DNA of 64,000 nucleotides from Minisyncoccota bacterium (GTDB lineage: Bacteria > Patescibacteriota > Minisyncoccia > Phycocordibacterales > UBA9973), in assembly GCA_021734995.1 (NCBI GenBank), contig JAIPHX010000003.1, positions 11,969 through 75,968 of the forward strand, given 5' to 3'. Each line of letters starts with the position of its first letter. Positions within the stretch are counted from its first letter, which is position 1. The translations under genes and the position numbers were made by a program. This document shows positions 46,983-58,544 of the stretch, in pieces. Under the pieces are notes generated by a model, which worked only from the letters and a program-made list of their open reading frames with translations, did no database searches and was not told where the DNA came from.

Positions 46983-47222
46983 TTAAACCCCTGCTCTTAT
47001 GATTATTGTAAGAATTGCAGATAAGGCAAAAAGAATACCACAGATGATAGATAATATAAAAAGAAATTTTTCAAAACCACGTCGAGTACTGTGAAAAGAA
47101 TTATCACTACCACCTAAAGCACCACCCACACTAGCACCGGATTGCTGGAGCAATATGGAGGTTATTAATATTACTGAAAAGATTATCTGCGCATAGGGCA
47201 GAATGTTAGCCAATAACTGCAT
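46983..47222 (-). CDS. secG: Preprotein translocase subunit SecG
   Basis: A 79-aa protein with two TM helices and LLQQSGASVGGALGG, the SecG Gly-rich loop. Confidence 0.7.
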   Translation of the reverse strand: MQLLANILPYAQIIFSVILITSILLQQSGASVGGALGGSDNSFHSTRRGFEKFLFILSIICGILFALSAILTIIIRAGV

Positions 47223-47293
47223 TCCGGTAGTATCTCATAAAAGCAAAGAAAATGCAATATTGCGTATTTGGAGCTTTAATATACAATATATAG

Positions 47294-47908
47294 ATGAACA
47301 CTTTAAGTAAAACAATTAAAAAGAATCGCGGTTTTTTTGATTTGAAATTAATCATAATAATAATCCTAGTTTTAGGTATTGGTACTTATTTTGTTTGGTC
47401 AAATAATCAAAATACACAAAATATTGATCAGATGAACACTCAAGAAAATGCCTCTATAGATACTTCTAGTCCAGAGCTAGCTTTTGGAGAAGATATAAAA
47501 GAAAATATTACAGAAGCAGAGTATTATCCTCCAGTAAATTCAAAACCTTCCAACGAAGATAGAGATAGATTGTGGAAAAAATCTTCATTATTTAACATTT
47601 GGTATTTGGATGGTATGAACATAAAAGAATATTACCAAGAATCAAGCAATCCTTATGGAGCAAAAGTAAAAGCAGAAACTTTTGAAGCGGTAGATTCTTC
47701 TGCTCGGTTTGTCATTAGATGGGGAGGACATTATTGGGCAATGGTAGATGGTACCGGCTCAGCTTGTGATCAAAATACTTTTAAAGGTGAGCAATATGAT
47801 GATACTAGAGTAGCTTGTATAAAAGGAATAGTTGCGCAAATCACAGGAGAAAATCTTAAAATAAATGATTTAGAATTATTTAGAGAGTTTGTATCTAGAA
47901 ACAAATAA
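47294..47908 (+). CDS. Hypothetical membrane-anchored secreted protein
   Basis: N-terminal TM. 204 aa. Confidence 0.4.
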   Translation: MNTLSKTIKKNRGFFDLKLIIIIILVLGIGTYFVWSNNQNTQNIDQMNTQENASIDTSSPELAFGEDIKENITEAEYYPPVNSKPSNEDRDRLWKKSSLFNIWYLDGMNIKEYYQESSNPYGAKVKAETFEAVDSSARFVIRWGGHYWAMVDGTGSACDQNTFKGEQYDDTRVACIKGIVAQITGENLKINDLELFREFVSRNK

Positions 47909-48481
47909 ATGTTCAAATATTTACTAGCTACTGTTTTACTTTCTTTGGTATCAGTGCCAGGATTTGTAGAATGGAATGGTAAAGATCCCTATCCCGCAGT
48001 GGATTGGAGTGGAGCAGTACCAGAACTCTATGATCTCGTGATTGATTTTGAAAAAAAATGGGGAGAACCTCTTGTTGTTTTGCAAGTCTATAGACCATCT
48101 GAATATGGAGCACATTTGCGTTCTGTGTGGGAACTATGGAGGCATATGAATGGACAATCTTTTACAGAAGGATATAAATGTGAAGAATACAATCATATAG
48201 ACATTTCCAAAATAAAATCTTTTTCATATTTAGAAAAAAAGATAATTGAAAGTGAAGCAAAGAAGCATGCCTTTTGGAATGGGGGTACTCCACCTGCGTG
48301 TCAGTCTGATCACGCTTTGGGTATTGCTGTAGATATAGTGCCACCAATCAATACAAAGATTTACAAAAGATGGATAGAAGCAGGTGCTTCTGTGGGACTT
48401 TGTCATTATATTGCAGGAGATAAGCCACACTGGGCTATTGCTTCATATTTACCAAAAGGGACAAATTGCAAAGCTCTTTGA
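47909..48481 (+). CDS. Peptidase M15 (VanY/D-Ala-D-Ala carboxypeptidase-like, LAS metallopeptidase)
   Basis: SDHALGIAVDI matches the M15 SxHxxGxAxD zinc-ligand motif. Signal anchor present. Confidence 0.6.
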   Translation: MFKYLLATVLLSLVSVPGFVEWNGKDPYPAVDWSGAVPELYDLVIDFEKKWGEPLVVLQVYRPSEYGAHLRSVWELWRHMNGQSFTEGYKCEEYNHIDISKIKSFSYLEKKIIESEAKKHAFWNGGTPPACQSDHALGIAVDIVPPINTKIYKRWIEAGASVGLCHYIAGDKPHWAIASYLPKGTNCKAL

Positions 48482-48580
48482 TTTTTATGTGGATATCTAG
48501 TTGTTATTTATATTTACTATAATATTCATTTATTCAAATAATTATTTTTTAATAAATTATAAATAAAACATTTTACCTAA

Positions 48581-48612
48581 AACACCCTTCTAAACAAAGG
48601 GTGTTTTAATAT
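48581..48612 (+). terminator. Rho-independent terminator after the M15 peptidase gene
   Basis: aacaccctt-ctaaaca-aagggtgtt followed by ttaatatt. Confidence 0.5.
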
Positions 48613-48622
48613 TGGGTTTTGC

Positions 48623-48651
48623 TTGACTTTGCTAGAATGATGATATATACT
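48623..48651 (+). promoter_or_regulatory. Putative sigma70-type rRNA promoter TTGACT-N17-TATACT
   Basis: Near-consensus -35 and -10 elements with a 17-nt spacer, about 250 nt upstream of the 16S. Confidence 0.55.
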
Positions 48652-48893
48652 CCTAGGGCAAGACGTCAATGTAATTGGCGTTTTTGTTTAAGTGATTCTT
48701 TGACAATTCAAGTTGAATAAAAAAATTGAGAACCCCGATTTTTCAATCGGGAGCAAGTCTCATATATTTCGTAAATAATTTTTAGAGAGCAAAGTTCAAA
48801 TTTCTTAAAACACAAACGCAAACCAAACATGCTATTTTTTGTTTTGTTTCGTTCTAGTTTTATTCGTGATTTTTCGCAAATAAAACAAATAAC

Positions 48894-50470
<1,577 letters not shown>

Positions 50471-50631
50471 TTTGAAACTCTCTAGATTTATCTAGATTAT
50501 AGAGTCGATATTATGTCGCTCAATTGACGACATAATGCCTTTTGTAAGGGCTAATTACAAGGACTATTATTCTAGTCTTTAAAAGAATATGACACATTGG
50601 AAAGACTTGAAGTTATACGTCGCAAGACGGA

Positions 50632-50657
50632 GAACGAAACAAAACAAAGGATAGCAT
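50632..50657 (+). promoter_or_regulatory. 16S trailer half of leader/trailer processing helix (pairs with leader 48829-48854)
   Basis: Trailer gaacgaaacaaaacaaaggatagcat is complementary (24/26) to leader atgctattttttgttttgtttcgttc. This is a classic RNase III-type processing stem bracketing the 16S. Confidence 0.6.
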
Positions 50658-50673
50658 TTCTTTGTTTTAAGAA

Positions 50674-50706
50674 AAACACCTCGCACAAGCGGGGTGTTTT
50701 TTGTTA
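50674..50706 (+). terminator. Rho-independent terminator after the 16S transcription unit
   Basis: aaacacctcgc-acaa-gcggggtgttt followed by tttttg. Confidence 0.55.
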
Positions 50707-50718
50707 TAATATACACAA

Positions 50719-51665
50719 TGGAAAAAATTAGAGTTGGAGTGATTAGAGGAGGGGAACATGACTATGAAGATTCTTTACAAAAAGGAGGAAAGCTTCTTTC
50801 TGTTTTGTCTGATAATCTTTATGACAAATGGAAACCTCTAGATATATTTATAGATAAAAAAGGTGTATGGCATTTGTATGGTATTCCTGTATTACCATCT
50901 GAATTAAAAGATAAGATAGATATATTTTGGAATACTTCTCACCCTGCTTTTTCTTCTGTACTTGAAAGTTCTGGAGTTTCTTCTCCTATCATTGGTCATA
51001 GTTCTTTTTCTCATGCTGTTTCAGAAAATAGAAGAATGTTTGAGCAACACCTAAAAACAAATAGTATTAATGTACAAAAATCCTTTATTATACCTGCTTA
51101 CAAAAAAGAATTAGATGGTCCTATTGAAGAGTGTTCATTAAACAGAGCTAAAGAAACACATCTAAAGTTTGCTCCACCTTGGATTGTAAAAGTTTTTCCT
51201 TCTGGGGTGATGAGTGGTCACCGTGTGGCAAAGAATTTTAACGAATTAATAAATTTAATTTATGAAGGACTTCAGACAGGAGAGAGTCTATTGGTTCAAG
51301 AATTTATGACTGGCAAAAATATACAAGTACATTCTGTCAAAGGTTTTAGAGGGCAAGATATATATATGTTTCCAAATGCCTCATTGCATAAAGATGAAAA
51401 AGAAAAGATTGTTTCTTTGGTAAAAGATTTACACAAACATTTGGATACAGATCATTATTTACATTCAGAGTTTGTTGTTACTCCTCGCAAAAGAGTATAT
51501 ATATCTGGGTTCTCTGTTTTCCCAATTTTAGAAGAAGAATCCAGCTTTCATAAAGCTTGTGTATCTGTTGGGGCAAAAATGCATGATGTTTTAAAACATA
51601 TAATGGAACATAAACTCGAAAAGCATCATGATTTGGAAAGACGTTTTCAACAGGAAGTTTTTTGA
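50719..51665 (+). CDS. ddl: D-alanine--D-alanine ligase-family ATP-grasp enzyme
   Basis: N-terminal KIRVGVIRGGEHDYEDSLQKG (compare KIAVLFGGRSAEHEVSL). ATP-grasp segment VKVFPSGVMSGHRV. The start was chosen at MEKIRVG; the listed ORF begins 25 nt earlier. Confidence 0.55.
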
Positions 51666-51789
51666 TATAATAAAAGTGTAGTATAATATTACAAGGTCGT
51701 CTTATTAAGGAATAAAAGAAAAATATCATGTCCTTAGGAGGTCACTAAAAATAAAAAGACAGCGTTAGCTGTCTTTTTATTTTAAATAT

Positions 51790-52965
51790 ATGTCTGAAAA
51801 AAATAAATTAAAATGTGAGTATTGTGGAGATGCATATGTAAACCATGGTTTTGTTTTGTTTGGAGGATATTTATCTGCTCTCATTGATCCAATGTTTCAA
51901 AAAATGAATAAGCTTTTACCGGATTGTATGATTCGTTTTGTGGATATATTCTTGAAGTTTCTTTTTAATATACATTTATTTTTAAGAGTGATTAAACTCT
52001 CAGAGAATGTAGAAAAAGCCAATACCCTTCGTTCTAAGGTTATTTGGGAGGAAGCAATCAAAAGAGGTATAAAAATGTCTCAAGTTGTATTTATGGGCAT
52101 CTATACAGATAATTATAGAGCAAAAATAAATGGGGAATATGTTTATTTTGATAGTTTGCCAATACCAGATAGTATGAATACTTTGAGAAAAAATTGGGAT
52201 AATAAATATTATTTTAAAAAACATTTCATGACTCAAGATTTGCCAGTCCCAAAATATTTTAAAGTTTCTCTTTTTAAAAATAAAAGAAAGCAACTTTTTG
52301 ATAAAATAGACAAACCTTTTATTGTAAAACCCCAAGAAGGATCAAGAGGAAGACATACTACTACTCATATATATAATATTGAAGATTTTGAAAAAGCATA
52401 CAAGATTGCTAGACAACTTTCTCCTGCAATAGTAATGGAAGAGCAACTTATGGGATACGTGTGTAGAGCTACCTGTGTGAATGGTAAACTTGCTGGTTTC
52501 TACCGAGCTGAACCTGCTTCTGTGATAGGTGATGGTATTCATACAATAGAAGAACTAGTGGTTTTAAAAAATGAGAACAAACCAGAAAGAGTATCTGCTG
52601 TAGAAATAAACACAGAGATAAAAGAACACATAGGAAGACTCGGTCTTAAGATTGATGATGTTTTGCCTAAAGATAAAAAAATATTTTTGTCTTACCGTAT
52701 TGGTAGATTGTTTGGTGGTGTCACTAGAGAAATGCTAGATGAGTTACATCCTTCCTTTGTCCCTGTGTTGGAAAAAGCATCACAGTTTACCAAACTTCCT
52801 GTAGTAGGACTTGATTGTATCATTATAGATCCTGAATCTGATGAAAAAACTCAAAAATGGGGGATCATAGAATGCAACACTTTACCTTTTATTGACTTAC
52901 ATTATTTTGCTTTATTTGGGAAGCCAAAAAATATCGCAGGGATGGTATGGGATCTGTGGAAATAG
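51790..52965 (+). CDS. ATP-grasp domain protein (second ligase; N-terminal about 120-aa extension with CxxC)
   Basis: IVKPQEGSRGRHTT (ATP-grasp KPxxGSxGxGV-like), followed by a B-loop and C-terminal lobe. The start is uncertain. Confidence 0.5.
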   Translation: MSEKNKLKCEYCGDAYVNHGFVLFGGYLSALIDPMFQKMNKLLPDCMIRFVDIFLKFLFNIHLFLRVIKLSENVEKANTLRSKVIWEEAIKRGIKMSQVVFMGIYTDNYRAKINGEYVYFDSLPIPDSMNTLRKNWDNKYYFKKHFMTQDLPVPKYFKVSLFKNKRKQLFDKIDKPFIVKPQEGSRGRHTTTHIYNIEDFEKAYKIARQLSPAIVMEEQLMGYVCRATCVNGKLAGFYRAEPASVIGDGIHTIEELVVLKNENKPERVSAVEINTEIKEHIGRLGLKIDDVLPKDKKIFLSYRIGRLFGGVTREMLDELHPSFVPVLEKASQFTKLPVVGLDCIIIDPESDEKTQKWGIIECNTLPFIDLHYFALFGKPKNIAGMVWDLWK

Positions 52966-53093
52966 CATTTTAAAAGCCTTATGTTATAATATATATAAAT
53001 GAATTGTTTTTTCCTGTAGCGAGTGGTCGCACTCACATAGGCACATATGTTGGAGTTTCGCCATCACTCGCTTCAAGTGAAAATAATTTTGTA

Positions 53094-53121
53094 AAAAAAC
53101 CGCTCTGTGCGGTTTTTTTTA
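53094..53121 (+). terminator. Rho-independent terminator (aaaaaccgc-tctgt-gcggttttttttt)
   Basis: GC stem plus a U9 run. Closes a candidate sRNA or the upstream operon. Confidence 0.6.
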
Positions 53122-53426
53122 TTGATTTTGTGCGCAAAAAATTTATATTTGTAATTTTTTTTAAATCTAAAAATATTTTTAACAAATTTTATTCTTTTTT
53201 ATATAATTTTCATTTGTAAATTAAAAAAATATTTTTTTTGAAATTAATTTTTTTAAAAGTTATCCACAGATTTTTCAAAAAAGTATTGTATTTGTTTTCA
53301 ATATGCGAGATAATTAAATTGTCCTTAGCAATAATTTTTCAAAAATATTTTCTTGAATTAAAAAAATATTTTCGGGTCGAAATTATTGCAGACTAAATTA
53401 AAAATTTAATTTTTAAAAAAAATATT

Positions 53427-53507
53427 ATGGCAGCAAAAAAGAAAGCTTCAAAAGCAAAAAAGACAACAAAGAAAGTTGCAAAGAAGACAGCTAAGAAAAG
53501 AGCATAG
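53427..53507 (+). CDS. Candidate 26-aa lysine/alanine-rich basic peptide
   Basis: MAAKKKASKAKKTTKKVAKKTAKKRA. Sits just upstream of secA. Very small, so uncertain. Confidence 0.25.
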   Translation: MAAKKKASKAKKTTKKVAKKTAKKRA

Positions 53508-53596
53508 TCTTTGTTCAATCTTTGACAAAACTAAAAACTTTCGGTACACCTTTGGTGAATCGGAAGTTTTTTGTTTTTATGGTAGAATCATATGGT

Positions 53597-56101
53597 ATGG
53601 GAATTTTCAATAACATGTTTGGTAATGCGAGCTCTAGATTTTTGAGCCAAGCAAAGCCTATATTAGAAAAGGTTAATCTTTTAGAAAAAGACTTTTTAGA
53701 ATTGCCTGATGAAGATTTTACTAAAAAGACCTTAGAATTTAAAGATAGATTACAAAAAGGAGAGACTTTGGAAGATATATTGCCAGAAGCTTTTGCTTTG
53801 GTTCGTGAGGCTTCAAAGAGACAACTCGGCGAGAGGCATTATGATGTACAGATTTTGGGAGGTATTGCTTTGCATCAAGGGAATATTTCAGAAATGAAAA
53901 CAGGTGAAGGAAAGACTCTAGTAGCTACTTTGCCTGCCTATCTTAATGCACTTTCTGGTAAAGGAGTACACATCATCACTGTAAACGATTACTTGGCTCG
54001 TAGAGATGCTGTACTTATGGGACAGATTTATAATTTCCTTGGTCTTTCTGTGGGAGTAATAAATTCTCAAAATGTTTCTTATATGTATGATCCAAAACAC
54101 ACAGACGCAGATGAAAAAAGAGACGAAGTTGGAGAATTTAAAATTATCTATGAATTTTTAAAGCAAGCATCTAGAAGAGAAGCATATTCCGCTGATATTA
54201 CTTATGGAACCAATCATGAGTATGGTTTTGATTATCTAAGAGACAACCTAGCTACTTCTTTAGATGGGATTACTCAAAGAGAACACAATTTTGCGATTGT
54301 GGATGAGGTAGACTCTATTCTTATAGATGAAGCTCGTACTCCTTTGATTATTTCTTCTCAAGGAAATGAATCTGAAGATTTTTACATAAAGTTTTACCAA
54401 ATTGCACGACAGCTAAAAAAAGAGACTGATTATAAAGTAGATGAAAAGCTAAAAGCTATTTCTCTTACTGATGAGGGTATTAATAAAGCTGAAGGTTTGT
54501 TGGGAATTGAAAATATTTATACAGAAAAAGGGATAAAATACGTACACCACCTAGAAACTGCTGTAAAAGCACAAGCTCTTTTTGAACGAGACAAAGACTA
54601 TGTAGTAAAAGAAGGGGAAGTCATAATAGTAGACCCATTTACTGGTAGATTACAACCTGGACGAAGATGGTCAGAGGGCATTCACCAAGCCATTGAAGCA
54701 AAAGAAGGAGTAAAAATTGAAAAAGAAAGTAGAACATCTGGTTCTATTACTTTTCAAAATTATTTTAAATTTTATAAAAAATTATCAGGTATGACAGGTA
54801 CAGCCGAGACTTCTGCTGAAGAATTTTTGAAAGTTTACGGATTGGAAGTAATAGTTATTCCTACCAATCGCCCAATGGTTCGTTTGGACAGATCTGATCT
54901 TATTTATCAGACTGAAAAAGGAAAATTCCAAGCTATTGCCAAAAAAGTAAAAGATATAAATCAAAAAGGGCAACCTGTCCTTATCGGTACTATTTCTATT
55001 GAAAAAAACGAGCTTCTGTCTACATATTTAAAACAAGAAGGAGTGCCACATACTATTTTGAATGCAAAGAATCATGAAAAAGAAGGAGAGATTATCGCAC
55101 AAGCTGGTAAAAAAGGAGCCGTGACGATAGCTACAAATATGGCGGGTCGTGGTATCGATATTAAGCTTGGCGGAAACCCACACACTGAAAAAGATTATGA
55201 AGAAGTGAAAAATCTAGGTGGACTTTTTGTGCTTGGAACAGAGCGCCATGAAGCTAGGCGTATAGACAATCAGCTTCGTGGAAGATCTGGAAGACAAGGA
55301 GATCCAGGAGAAACTCAATTTTTTGTTTCTTTAGAAGATGATTTGATGCGTATTTTTGGATCTGAAAAAATACAGGCGATGATGGGAAGATTTGGTATTC
55401 CTGAAGATGTACCTATTGAGAATTCTTTTATTGGCAGACAGCTTGAGGGGGCTCAAGCAAAAATAGAGGGCTTCCATTTTGATTCACGTAAGCATACTTT
55501 AGAATATGATAACGTGATGACTCATCAGAGAAATATTATATATAACAGAAGAAAGAAAATGCTTATGGCCGATAGAGATGGGATAGAAGAATTACTGGAA
55601 AGTATAAAAAATACTAGAGAAGATTCAGAAAAGATTATTCAAGAAAAAAGAGAAAAAGCAGGGGAAGAAGCATTTTTTGAGACAGTTCGTAGAATTGCTC
55701 TTTATACTACCGATACTCTATGGATGGAGCATTTAGAAGCAATGGATTATTTACGAAGTTCTGTAAATTTGCGTGCTTATGGACAAAGAGAGCCAATTGT
55801 AGAATACAAGAAAGAAGGACTAAGCATGTTTAAAGAAATGGAAGAAGTATTCAAAGATCAAGTGCTTTCTTTGATTGAGAGCATGGATACAGAGAGTTTA
55901 AATGTATCAAAAGAAGAAAATCCTAGTAATACAATAGTCCTTACAAGTCATAGTGAGCCGGTTGAGTTTTCTGACTTAGACAAAACCACCCAGATATCAG
56001 GTAGTTCAAATCCTACAGCAAATAATTCAAAAGATTTAGGAAGAAATGACCCTTGCTGGTGTGGTTCTGAAAAAAAGTTTAAAAAGTGTCATGGAAAGTA
56101 A
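53597..56101 (+). CDS. secA: Preprotein translocase ATPase SecA
   Basis: SecA motifs (TGEGKT...). C-terminal zinc finger CWCGSEKKFKKCHG. The start was chosen at MGIFNNMFGN; the ORF could begin at 53522 or 53582. Confidence 0.85.
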   Translation: MGIFNNMFGNASSRFLSQAKPILEKVNLLEKDFLELPDEDFTKKTLEFKDRLQKGETLEDILPEAFALVREASKRQLGERHYDVQILGGIALHQGNISEMKTGEGKTLVATLPAYLNALSGKGVHIITVNDYLARRDAVLMGQIYNFLGLSVGVINSQNVSYMYDPKHTDADEKRDEVGEFKIIYEFLKQASRREAYSADITYGTNHEYGFDYLRDNLATSLDGITQREHNFAIVDEVDSILIDEARTPLIISSQGNESEDFYIKFYQIARQLKKETDYKVDEKLKAISLTDEGINKAEGLLGIENIYTEKGIKYVHHLETAVKAQALFERDKDYVVKEGEVIIVDPFTGRLQPGRRWSEGIHQAIEAKEGVKIEKESRTSGSITFQNYFKFYKKLSGMTGTAETSAEEFLKVYGLEVIVIPTNRPMVRLDRSDLIYQTEKGKFQAIAKKVKDINQKGQPVLIGTISIEKNELLSTYLKQEGVPHTILNAKNHEKEGEIIAQAGKKGAVTIATNMAGRGIDIKLGGNPHTEKDYEEVKNLGGLFVLGTERHEARRIDNQLRGRSGRQGDPGETQFFVSLEDDLMRIFGSEKIQAMMGRFGIPEDVPIENSFIGRQLEGAQAKIEGFHFDSRKHTLEYDNVMTHQRNIIYNRRKKMLMADRDGIEELLESIKNTREDSEKIIQEKREKAGEEAFFETVRRIALYTTDTLWMEHLEAMDYLRSSVNLRAYGQREPIVEYKKEGLSMFKEMEEVFKDQVLSLIESMDTESLNVSKEENPSNTIVLTSHSEPVEFSDLDKTTQISGSSNPTANNSKDLGRNDPCWCGSEKKFKKCHGK

Positions 56102-56157
56102 AAATATAATAGATTTTTATATTTGTTTCTGTGATTGTTTGTTGGTATAATTTGCTT

Positions 56158-56895
56158 ATGAGTTATTCATATTATGTTGTAAAAAACCACGATATATTAT
56201 TGGACAGTAAGGATAAACCTTACTATTTAAAAGTGCGTGATTTGCCCGAAGAAGAAAAACCAAGAGAAAAATTGTTGAAACATGGTCCTACAGCTTTATC
56301 TATCTCTGAGTTGCTTGCGGTCATTTTAAATACAGGTACAAAAAAAGAAGGTCTTTTGGAAATGTCCCATAGAATAATTAAAAATTACGGAGAAGGTGGG
56401 ATTATGAGTGAAAAAAGTCCAAAAAATATGGCAGAAAATTTAGACATACCACTAGGTAAAGCTACTCAAATAGTAGCCTGTGCAGAGCTGGGCAGAAGAT
56501 TTTTTCAAAAGAATGAATCTACTTTACCAGTAGTTAGGACGGCTCGAGAAGTATATGAGTATGTACAAGACATGCACCATCTTTCCAAAGAGCATTTAAG
56601 AGGTATTTATCTTAATGCACATTACAAAGTGATACACGATGAAGTCATATCTATCGGGACAGTAGATGGAAGTATTATTCATCCAAGAGAAGTGTTTAAG
56701 CCAGCTATTGAGCGTTCTGCTGTAGCTTTGATTTTGGTGCACAACCATCCCTCAGGAGAGACTACTCCATCAGAAGCTGACATTGCAGTGACCAAGCAAC
56801 TCGTAGAAGCAGGGAAGCTTCTTGGTGTAGATTTGATAGATCACATAATAGTGACCAAAAATGCTTTTGCTAGTATTTCAGCAAATTATCAATAA
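56158..56895 (+). CDS. radC: RadC-like JAB/MPN domain protein
   Basis: HNHPSG JAMM motif. HhH-like N-terminal ELLAVIL. The start is uncertain; the ORF opens at 56131. Confidence 0.7.
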   Translation: MSYSYYVVKNHDILLDSKDKPYYLKVRDLPEEEKPREKLLKHGPTALSISELLAVILNTGTKKEGLLEMSHRIIKNYGEGGIMSEKSPKNMAENLDIPLGKATQIVACAELGRRFFQKNESTLPVVRTAREVYEYVQDMHHLSKEHLRGIYLNAHYKVIHDEVISIGTVDGSIIHPREVFKPAIERSAVALILVHNHPSGETTPSEADIAVTKQLVEAGKLLGVDLIDHIIVTKNAFASISANYQ

Positions 56896-56905
56896 AAAAG
56901 CTAAA

Positions 56906-57196
56906 ATGGTTACTAAAGAATTAAAACAATACAAAATTATTTTTCCAAAATATTGGTGGGTAGAAGATAGATCAAAAGAAAAATATAAATCTACAAGGGA
57001 AGAAAACCTTCTTTTTCATGTATCTCAAAATGATTATTTTGGTACTTTGGCAACTGTTTTGCAATTGGTCCAAGAGGATCTTCCAGAAGTGACTCAAAAA
57101 TCAAAATATCATAAAATGATTTTAAAAAATTCCACAAAAGATTTAATGTTTTTGCAAAAAAATTACAAGATTTCACCTAAAAACTTTAAAGAATAA
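56906..57196 (+). CDS. Hypothetical small protein
   Basis: The 111-aa ORF overlaps the radC end, so an internal Met start was chosen. No motif. Confidence 0.25.
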   Translation: MVTKELKQYKIIFPKYWWVEDRSKEKYKSTREENLLFHVSQNDYFGTLATVLQLVQEDLPEVTQKSKYHKMILKNSTKDLMFLQKNYKISPKNFKE

Positions 57197-57244
57197 ACAT
57201 GGAGGTTTAGATATATTGGAAATAATTATTTAAATACATATACG

Positions 57245-58492
57245 ATGAAAAATATTTTTAAAAATTTAAAATTAAAAAGAAGAGGAATTACTTGGCTTGC
57301 TAGGATGGGTTTTCTGGGAAATGCTTCTTCAAAAATGAAAATCATTGGAGTTACTGGCACTAATGGAAAGACTACTGTGACTACTTTGTTGTATAAAGTT
57401 GCTACAGAGCTTGGATGCAAAGCAGGGCTTGTTGGTACAGTAGAAAATATTATCGCAGGAGAAAGATTTTCAGCTACTCATACTACTCCTGATCCTGTAT
57501 CATTGCATAAGCTTTTAAGTGAAATGGAACAGAAAGGTTGCCAATACGTCTTTATGGAGGTTTCTTCTCATGCCTTAGATCAAAGTCGCACTGCGGGAGT
57601 GCGTTTTTCTGGAGCTGTATTTACCAATCTTACGCATGACCATTTGGATTATCATGGTAATTTTGAAGATTATTTTAAAGCAAAACGAAAGCTCTTTGAT
57701 GGCTTATCTCAAGAAGCTTTTGCTCTTTCTAATACTGATAATGAATGGGGAGAAAAGATTTTGGAAAAAACTAAAGCACGCAAATTTTTATATGGTTTTA
57801 AAAAGAGAGCAGATTTTTTTGCTAACTTAGAAAAAAGTAATTTTGAAGGGACTGAATTGGAAATAAATGGAGATACTCTTAAATCAAAATTACTTGGTGA
57901 ATTTAATGCGTACAATATGCTAGCGGTGTGGAGTGTGTGTGAATTGCTTGGATTTTGTGAAGGTGAATCAAAACAAAAAGTCCTAGAAGCTTTTGAAAAG
58001 ATTACTCCACCAACAGGTAGATTTGACCATTTTTCTGCTCCAAATGGCGCTTTGGTGATAGTAGACTATGCACATACTCCAGATGCTCTAGAGAAGGTCA
58101 TAACGACTGCTAGAGGGATAAAATTAGAGGAAGGGAGAATTATCTCTGTATTTGGTTGTGGAGGAGACAGGGATCCAATGAAAAGGCCTGTGATGGGGGA
58201 AGTGGGATCTACTCTTTCTGATATTGCTATTTTTACTTCAGATAATCCTAGAAGTGAGAACCCAGAAAAAATAATTGAAGATATGAAAAATGGTTTGTCT
58301 GAAGATTTACTAAAAAAAGTTGTCACTATGCCTGACCGTAGAAAAGCTATACAAGAAAGTGTCCGTCTTTCCACCGCAGGAGATATTATTTTGTGTGCCG
58401 GAAAAGGACACGAGACATATCAAGAGATCAATGGTGTCAAAAATCACTTTGATGATTTTGAAGAATTTAGAAAGATTTTTGAAGGAAAATAA
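57245..58492 (+). CDS. murE: Mur ligase (UDP-N-acetylmuramoyl-tripeptide ligase MurE-like, short N-terminus)
   Basis: GVTGTNGKTT P-loop. DNPR motif near the C-terminus. Mur ligase middle and C-terminal domains. Confidence 0.7.
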   Translation: MKNIFKNLKLKRRGITWLARMGFLGNASSKMKIIGVTGTNGKTTVTTLLYKVATELGCKAGLVGTVENIIAGERFSATHTTPDPVSLHKLLSEMEQKGCQYVFMEVSSHALDQSRTAGVRFSGAVFTNLTHDHLDYHGNFEDYFKAKRKLFDGLSQEAFALSNTDNEWGEKILEKTKARKFLYGFKKRADFFANLEKSNFEGTELEINGDTLKSKLLGEFNAYNMLAVWSVCELLGFCEGESKQKVLEAFEKITPPTGRFDHFSAPNGALVIVDYAHTPDALEKVITTARGIKLEEGRIISVFGCGGDRDPMKRPVMGEVGSTLSDIAIFTSDNPRSENPEKIIEDMKNGLSEDLLKKVVTMPDRRKAIQESVRLSTAGDIILCAGKGHETYQEINGVKNHFDDFEEFRKIFEGK

Positions 58493-58544
58493 TTTTCTTA
58501 GAGATGATTTTTCTGAAAGCTTCTTTGGGGTAATATATCTAAAC

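Noticed and set aside
53004-53219. 71-aa ORF downstream of the ATP-grasp gene
   Set aside because: It spans a hairpin-rich region and a strong intrinsic terminator and continues into AT-rich promoter DNA. It is more plausibly a non-coding sRNA/terminator region.
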